Shown piece after piece: positions 58,264 through 64,000 of a stretch of 64,000 bases of DNA. Positions within the stretch are counted from its first letter, which is position 1; each line of letters begins with the position of its first letter. Under the pieces are notes generated by a model. That model saw only the letters and a program-made list of their open reading frames with translations. It had not been told where the DNA came from and made no database searches. Position numbers and translations under genes: made by a program. Source of the stretch: Desulfuromonadales bacterium (GTDB lineage: Bacteria > Desulfobacterota > Desulfuromonadia > Desulfuromonadales > SZUA-540); assembly GCA_033549025.1 (NCBI GenBank), contig JAWSUS010000007.1:64001-128000 (forward strand), read 5' to 3'.

Positions 58264-60324
58264 TCAGTTTCCGCTGATCTGGTTGCCTTTAAGATGAATG
58301 CTCTGACCGTTGATGGTGACCTTGCCGGCGCTGATGGTCAGGTCACCTGACGGGGATATCTGAATGGTGCCGTTGCCCTGCCTGATGGTAATGGGGCCGC
58401 CACCCTGTCCGAGGAGACTGATGCCCTTGGCCGCCTGAATGCTCAGACCGCCCCTTGCAATGGCAAGTTCCATCTTGTCGTTGCGCACCTGCATAGACAG
58501 AGCTTGGCCGACATCGAGGATCAGGTTCTCGCCAGCGCTCAAGGCGATGTCATGCTTTTCGGCCTCGAATTGAATATTCTGGTCGGCCTTGAATTGGATA
58601 TCGGTGGCGGCCTGCAGGGAAATATCCTTATTGCGGGTCATCAACTGCTGGGAGTTTTCCACCGTGACGATATGGTCACCACCGCTTTCGACGAACTGAC
58701 TCTCTCCCGACTCCATCAGCAGAGTCTTGCCGGCGTGGATTTCCATGTCGCCTTCGCGGGTTTCCAGCCGCACCTTGTGGGAGCCGGCCTGGGCATCGAG
58801 GGTCAGGATATTTTTCCGTTCGGCGGTGAACAGGTCGATGCGTTCCTTCTGGCGGCGGTCGTCCATGCAGAGCTCGTTGCCGCTGACGGTACGGATGATG
58901 TTCTGGCTGACATTTTCGGCGGTGACCACATTGGGGGTCTGGGGATTGGACAGGGCACCGAGCATAACGGGGCGGTCGAGGTCGCCGTTGAGGCAGGCGA
59001 GTACCACCTCCGTTCCCCCCTGCAAGGGAAAGTGCATGCCATGCTGCTCACCACCATACGGTTGCATCAGCCGCACGGGATGGCTGGCCTGGGCCAGGGG
59101 GGCCTCGCCGCGATCAAAGTCGGTACGGATACGATAGCGTCCCTGTTCATCGAGACAGGCATATTCCGTTCCGTCGCTTTCAACCCGGGCGGTAAACAGA
59201 CCGAGCACTTGCCGATGTTCCGGGACGGGCGACCGAAAAGGAATCTGTGCCTTGATGAGCTGAAGACGGTTGACATAGGTGGGGCCTTTTCCCTCTTCGC
59301 CCCGGGCCAGGGCCGCTTCCTGGTGGCCGCTCTGTTCCATGCTGACCACCAGATAGTCGCCATTGAAACTTTCTTCAGGGTGGTCGCTTATTTTAAGCCG
59401 GAAGCCGGGAACGATGCCCCGACAGTCCGTCTCCGCCTCAAAGGTCTCCCTGCGGGCATCCAGGGCCTGTCGACGGATTTGCGCCATGTGCTCGCCCTCT
59501 TCCGCCGTTTTGAAATGATCGCCGTGGATCGCCTGTTCCCCAACGGCATTATCCGAGGTTGCATTGAGCCTGACATCCAGAGGGGTATCGGGGGTGCGAT
59601 AATTGTAGTCCGTCAGACGAATGCCTCCCGGCAGCCACTGCGCCTGGGGAGAAAGTGCAAAGACCGTTTCGGCCGTGCGAACCGAACCGGTCTGGGGTCT
59701 GTATTTCAGCTGCTCAATGCCCGGCAGCATCGGCCGACGGGTGCTGTCGTCACAGAAAACGACGCGGCATCCCTGCGCCCGGTTGTCGAAAGTGAAGAAG
59801 ATCCCGTGGCGAGCCAGTTGGCGGTGGAGAAAGTCGAAATCGGATTCAGCGTACTGAACCACGAACTCCCGTTGAGGATAGTTTCCTGTTAATTCGAGAC
59901 GGAATTCGTCTTTGCCATATCCAGCCCCGATCAGTACCTCTTCGATAAGCTGACCGATGTCGCGGCCCAGAAAGACCCGATTGCTGGTGTTCAGGGTCAG
60001 GGGGAAGAGGGGGGAGCTGAGAACGGCCCGGTAGGAGACGCCGTCTGGGGTGTTGCCGGTGCGCTCAAAGCGGGAGATGACCCCGTGCAGATAGACGGGT
60101 TGAGGGCCCCAGCTCAGCTCCAGGGTGGCGCTGCGGCCGATGATGGTGCGTGGCAGCAGTTCGGCGTCCGAATGCAGACAAATCTCAAAGCGAAAGTCTT
60201 CCGACAGACCCTGAGCGGAGCCGCTAAAACGGGTCAGGGTGAAGGTGTCGTCCGGTACCGTCCGAATGCGCAGGAAAAACTGGCTGCAATTGGCGGCCGG
60301 AAAATGAGCGGCGGGAAAATTCAT
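58264..60324 (-). CDS. vgrG: T6SS spike protein VgrG
   Basis: VQYAESDFDF, DYNY..P, DEQGRY, GMHFPL..GTEV, GDLDRP, beta-rich C-terminus. Confidence 0.94.
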   Translation of the reverse strand: MNFPAAHFPAANCSQFFLRIRTVPDDTFTLTRFSGSAQGLSEDFRFEICLHSDAELLPRTIIGRSATLELSWGPQPVYLHGVISRFERTGNTPDGVSYRAVLSSPLFPLTLNTSNRVFLGRDIGQLIEEVLIGAGYGKDEFRLELTGNYPQREFVVQYAESDFDFLHRQLARHGIFFTFDNRAQGCRVVFCDDSTRRPMLPGIEQLKYRPQTGSVRTAETVFALSPQAQWLPGGIRLTDYNYRTPDTPLDVRLNATSDNAVGEQAIHGDHFKTAEEGEHMAQIRRQALDARRETFEAETDCRGIVPGFRLKISDHPEESFNGDYLVVSMEQSGHQEAALARGEEGKGPTYVNRLQLIKAQIPFRSPVPEHRQVLGLFTARVESDGTEYACLDEQGRYRIRTDFDRGEAPLAQASHPVRLMQPYGGEQHGMHFPLQGGTEVVLACLNGDLDRPVMLGALSNPQTPNVVTAENVSQNIIRTVSGNELCMDDRRQKERIDLFTAERKNILTLDAQAGSHKVRLETREGDMEIHAGKTLLMESGESQFVESGGDHIVTVENSQQLMTRNKDISLQAATDIQFKADQNIQFEAEKHDIALSAGENLILDVGQALSMQVRNDKMELAIARGGLSIQAAKGISLLGQGGGPITIRQGNGTIQISPSGDLTISAGKVTINGQSIHLKGNQISGN

Positions 60325-60339
60325 GAACCGTTCTCCTTG

Positions 60340-63018
60340 CTAACTGGCTGCGGCGAGGGCAGAGGAATCCGCGGCGTCTTCGACCAAATCACTGAACAGG
60401 CAGGAAAGGTCTCCCTGCTCATCCAGCTGCAGGGTCATGATCTGCGGCATATCGTCTGCCACCATGAACTGCAGCAGGCTGCGTGCTACCCCGGTCATCA
60501 CCTGCTGATCGATAAGGGTATTGAGGGAGCGGGCGCCGAATTCAGGGGACTGACACCTGGCCGTCAGGTAATCGATGATCTCCGGGGAACAGCGCAAGGT
60601 GATGCCATGACTGTCGCCCAGCCGGCAGGCTATCTTGTCCAGCTTGAGGGCAGCGATCTGCTGCAGGGCCTGTTGGTCGAGGGGGCGCATGGGAACGACC
60701 TGCATCCGCGCCAGCAGGGCGGCGGGAAAGTGCCGGGCCAGATCCGGCTGGACGGCTTCGTGCAGTTCGGAGTACCCCGGCGTTTGGTCGGAGGTTTCCT
60801 TCTGCTCCAGGACCGACTCGTTCAGCGCGATGATGGCTTCGGTTCCCAGATTGCTGGTCATGATGAGGACCGTATTTTTGAAATCCACTTCACGCCCTTC
60901 GCCGTCGCGCATGAAGCCGCGGTCGAAAACCTGGTAGAACATGTTGAGCACATCGGGATGGGCTTTTTCCACTTCGTCGAGCAGAATGACGGAATAGGGC
61001 CGCTGACGCACGGCCTCGGTCAGGACACCTCCTTCGCCGTACCCCACATAGCCGGGAGGCGAGCCCTTGAGCTGCGATACCGAGTGGGCTTCCTGGTATT
61101 CGCTCATGTTGATCGTGACCATGAAGCGTTCGCCGCCGTAAAGGACGTCGGCAATAGCGCGCGCCGTTTCCGTTTTGCCCACACCGCTGGGTCCTGTGAG
61201 CAGAAAGACGCCGATAGGCGCGTCTGCTTCGCCCAGACCAACCCGGTTGCTGCGCAGGGCTTGTCCGATGGCGTGAATGGCCTCGGTCTGCCCAACGATG
61301 CGCTGACCGAGCAGCGTTTCGAAGTCGAGCAGGCTGGCAAGGTCGCTCTTGACCATGCGGCCGACGGGAATGCCGGTCCAGTCGGCCACGACCTGAGCGA
61401 TGGTTTCGGCGTTGACCTCCGGCTGCACCAGGGTCGATTCCTGCTGAATCTCCTGCAGATGCTGCTGCAGTTCTTCCACCTTGGCACTGTCACAGGGCTG
61501 TCGGCGCATCGCCTGAATCTGACGGACCAGCTCCAGTTCCGCCTGCCAGCGTCCCTGCAGGGTTTTGACCTGTGTGGCGGTCTCCTCGTGTTGCTGGCGC
61601 AAGCGGTTCTGCACGGCTTCATCCACCGGCAGTCCCAGATCGGTCTCCTCTTGCAGGTGGCGCAGACGACGTTCAACAAAGGCGAGCTGCTCCTGGGCAC
61701 TGTCAAGCTCGGCTGGCGTGGCTGCCTGGCCCATGCAGACGCGTGCCGCGGCGGTGTCGAGCAGATCAATGGCTTTGTCGGGAAGAAAGCGGCCATTGAT
61801 GTAGCGGCTGGAGAGGCGAACGGCCGCCTCCACAGCCTGATCCGTAATCAGCGCCTTGTGGTGTTCCTGATAGTGGGATTTGAGGCCGTTGAGCATGACG
61901 ATGGCTGTTTCTTCCGAGGGTTCGTCAATTTTGACCATCTGGAAACGGCGCTCCAGGGCGGCGTCCCGCTCGAAGTACTTCTTGTACTCAGACCAGGTGG
62001 TGGCGGCCAGAGTGCGCAGTTCACCTCGCGCCAAGGCCGGCTTGAGCAGGTTGGCGGCATCCCCCATACCTGCATCGCCGCCGGCGCCAATCAGGGTGTG
62101 GGCCTCATCGATAAAGAGAATAATGGGGACATCACTGGCGCGGATCTCTTCGATAACGGACTTGAGGCGCTTCTCGAACTCCCCCTTGACTCCCGCGCCC
62201 GCCTGCAAGAGGCCCAGATCGAGACAGACCAGCCGCACATTTTTCAGACTATCGGGGACGCTCCCGGCGACAATGCGCAAAGCCAGTCCTTCCACCACGG
62301 CCGATTTCCCCACACCGGGCTCGCCCACGAGAATGGGGTTGTTCTTGCGGCGCCGGGTAAGAATGTCGATCATTTGACGGATTTCGTCGTTGCGGCCGAG
62401 AACCGGATCGATCTCCCCCGTTCTGGCCTTGGCGGTAAAGTCGGTGGTATAGGCGTCGAGATGCGGCGTGGGGCCCGTCACCTGACCGGGAGACGCGGTA
62501 TTAGCTGAAGGGGGCGCAGTCGGGGCTGGTTCCAGGGAGGGCTGACCTTCCAAGGAGATAGCCAGAATCTGGGCCGCCTCCGCCTCGATCATTTCTCGGG
62601 AAAGGCCGTCCAGCAGCAGCCAGGCCTGCCCGGGGAGCAAGGGGGCGATTTCCAGCAAGGCTTCAAGCAGAGCCCGTGACCGGATTTGAGCCTGTGGGTC
62701 GTGCAGGGAGGTGAACGTCCAGGCCCGCTCCAACCATTCCAACAAATGATGGGAAAAGGCGGGCTTGTGATGATTGCCGCAGCGCCAGCGGGCCAGGTCG
62801 TCAAGCAGCTTTTGCCAGAGCTGGTCGAGGTTGATGCCGTAGTGGTGCAGCAGCAGGTCAAAATCCCCCTCGCCTCGTTCCAACAATTTGATAACGACAT
62901 GCTCAAGCCCAATTTCGTAGTGGCCGCGCATGGCGGCAAAACTGGCGGCTGATTCGAGAGCATTAAGACAGTGCGGGTTCAGCTTTTCAAGCAGCCTTTT
63001 GATGTGAGTCGATCTCAT
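60340..63018 (-). CDS. tssH: T6SS ATPase ClpV
   Basis: Two AAA modules (GEPGVGKS, GPSGVGKT), TTWSEYKKYFERDAAL, PPGYVGYGEGGVLTEAVR. Confidence 0.95.
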   Translation of the reverse strand: MRSTHIKRLLEKLNPHCLNALESAASFAAMRGHYEIGLEHVVIKLLERGEGDFDLLLHHYGINLDQLWQKLLDDLARWRCGNHHKPAFSHHLLEWLERAWTFTSLHDPQAQIRSRALLEALLEIAPLLPGQAWLLLDGLSREMIEAEAAQILAISLEGQPSLEPAPTAPPSANTASPGQVTGPTPHLDAYTTDFTAKARTGEIDPVLGRNDEIRQMIDILTRRRKNNPILVGEPGVGKSAVVEGLALRIVAGSVPDSLKNVRLVCLDLGLLQAGAGVKGEFEKRLKSVIEEIRASDVPIILFIDEAHTLIGAGGDAGMGDAANLLKPALARGELRTLAATTWSEYKKYFERDAALERRFQMVKIDEPSEETAIVMLNGLKSHYQEHHKALITDQAVEAAVRLSSRYINGRFLPDKAIDLLDTAAARVCMGQAATPAELDSAQEQLAFVERRLRHLQEETDLGLPVDEAVQNRLRQQHEETATQVKTLQGRWQAELELVRQIQAMRRQPCDSAKVEELQQHLQEIQQESTLVQPEVNAETIAQVVADWTGIPVGRMVKSDLASLLDFETLLGQRIVGQTEAIHAIGQALRSNRVGLGEADAPIGVFLLTGPSGVGKTETARAIADVLYGGERFMVTINMSEYQEAHSVSQLKGSPPGYVGYGEGGVLTEAVRQRPYSVILLDEVEKAHPDVLNMFYQVFDRGFMRDGEGREVDFKNTVLIMTSNLGTEAIIALNESVLEQKETSDQTPGYSELHEAVQPDLARHFPAALLARMQVVPMRPLDQQALQQIAALKLDKIACRLGDSHGITLRCSPEIIDYLTARCQSPEFGARSLNTLIDQQVMTGVARSLLQFMVADDMPQIMTLQLDEQGDLSCLFSDLVEDAADSSALAAAS

Positions 63019-63050
63019 GATTCCCCCGAAGAGTACGGATTAAAAAATGA

Positions 63051-64000
63051 TCAAGCTGCCAGGTGAAGGCGACCTGGCCCTGATGCTGTGGTGGTTTGAC
63101 GGCAGGCGGCCAGGCTGGCGGAAGACAGGAGCACGCGCTGGCCTTGAGGTGCCGCCGTGCCCAGCCAGCAGCCCCAGCCCAGAATGAGGTGAGGGTTGCC
63201 GAGGCAAGCGGCCTGACCCGTCGCCGGCTGGATGTTCAGCTCCAAATCGTAGTCGAGTCCCGGTTCCAGATAGCCCCCCAGCAGGCTGGCGACGGCCCGG
63301 GCCAGAGGCTCTCCCGGACGTAAAGCCAGCGCTTTTTCAAAAGACAGCGGGCCGGCGAGAATGCGGACATGGCTGTTCACATCCAAAAGGCGGTCGCCCA
63401 ACAGGGCGTTGCTCCCCAGGAGGCACTCTTCACCCAATTTGGCGGGTTCATCTATGCCGATCCAGCGGGGAACGTTCTGCCGCAGACGAACAGGGGCGTC
63501 GAGAAAGTCGGCCAGCATGCCGCACAGGGCCTGGCTGCTTCGGATGCGGGTACCAAATACACCGGCGTAGTCGATTCGCCCCGTAGCGGCCGACATGCCG
63601 GAGAAGGCGGTCAGATACCGGCTGTAGAGACTTTTTGTGCCGCCGTGGTGGTTCAGTTTTTTCCAGGCCATGAACAGCAGGGTATACAGGCGCTGGCTGA
63701 ACAGGTTTAAAAAGGCGCTCAGCTCGTCGCTGCCGTCCTTGTCCCGGGCCGTGATGTCGTTGAAATACTGGGGCAGCGGGGAGTCGACGCCGTAGAGCCC
63801 CATGAAGTTCAGTTCGAGACGATAGCGCTGATCCCGGTCGCGAAAGCAGCGGCGTATCTCACCGGCGGGATAGGAGAGCTCCCGGGCAGGAGTCAGGACG
63901 ATGAAGCGATGCAGCTCCTGGTCCCCATCCCCTCCACGACAGCTCATTTCCAGCAGATGAAGCGCCTGAAAAGCGGTGTAGGCTGACGGTCGGGCAAGCA
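63051..64000 (-). CDS. tssG: T6SS baseplate TssG (5' end outside the window)
   Basis: FMGLYGVDSPLP, FLNLFSQRL..AWKK; frame stays open to the edge (..YTAFQALHLLEM). Confidence 0.9.
   Translation of the reverse strand, partial: LARPSAYTAFQALHLLEMSCRGGDGDQELHRFIVLTPARELSYPAGEIRRCFRDRDQRYRLELNFMGLYGVDSPLPQYFNDITARDKDGSDELSAFLNLFSQRLYTLLFMAWKKLNHHGGTKSLYSRYLTAFSGMSAATGRIDYAGVFGTRIRSSQALCGMLADFLDAPVRLRQNVPRWIGIDEPAKLGEECLLGSNALLGDRLLDVNSHVRILAGPLSFEKALALRPGEPLARAVASLLGGYLEPGLDYDLELNIQPATGQAACLGNPHLILGWGCWLGTAAPQGQRVLLSSASLAACRQTTTASGPGRLHLAA

Noticed and set aside
60085..62508. 807-aa plus-strand ORF, and similar long ORFs such as 5474-7198 and 50450-52072
   Set aside because: Antisense shadows of clear genes in GC-rich DNA, with no recognisable motifs.
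48704..64000. T6SS cluster as an island integrated at tRNA-Ser(CGA)
   Set aside because: No integrase or tRNA 3' duplication is visible within the window; the far end is outside it.

Overview
The window looks like a Desulfuromonadales-type (deltaproteobacterial) chromosome segment, judged from gene content only. 1-31.4 kb is housekeeping: the end of an rnf operon (D, G, E), a full nuoA-N complex I operon with a long HydB-type NuoF and a TPR gene between nuoG and nuoH, futalosine-pathway menaquinone genes, hisC, mutY, rnd, fumC, a DMT transporter, an HD hydrolase and serS. 31,470-47,139 is a 15.7-kb integrative element. It splits the host tRNA-Ser(UGA) gene in the T-arm at a duplicated GGGTTC, does not rebuild it, and carries its own divergent intact tRNA-Ser(UGA). 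Its core is two tyrosine recombinases, two small coiled-coil proteins and a RecD-like helicase. Its cargo includes the main candidate for an undescribed system: an unannotated 50-aa Pro/Gly/Asn-rich peptide ending in Gly, translationally coupled to an E2-E1(ThiF) fusion and a JAB peptidase, with no CD-NTase or beta-grasp Ubl gene. Tandem NrdR-like boxes lie upstream of it. Other cargo is a TcmP/DUF5131 pair, a lipoprotein and IS remnants. 47.2-48.7 kb holds tRNA-Ser(GCU), tRNA-Arg(ACG), tadA and tRNA-Ser(CGA). 48.8-64 kb is the distal part of a minus-strand T6SS cluster ending in a 1334-aa PAAR-like effector with apparent toxin domains at both ends and a candidate immunity gene on each side. 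All family calls are by eye from motifs; no database search was run.
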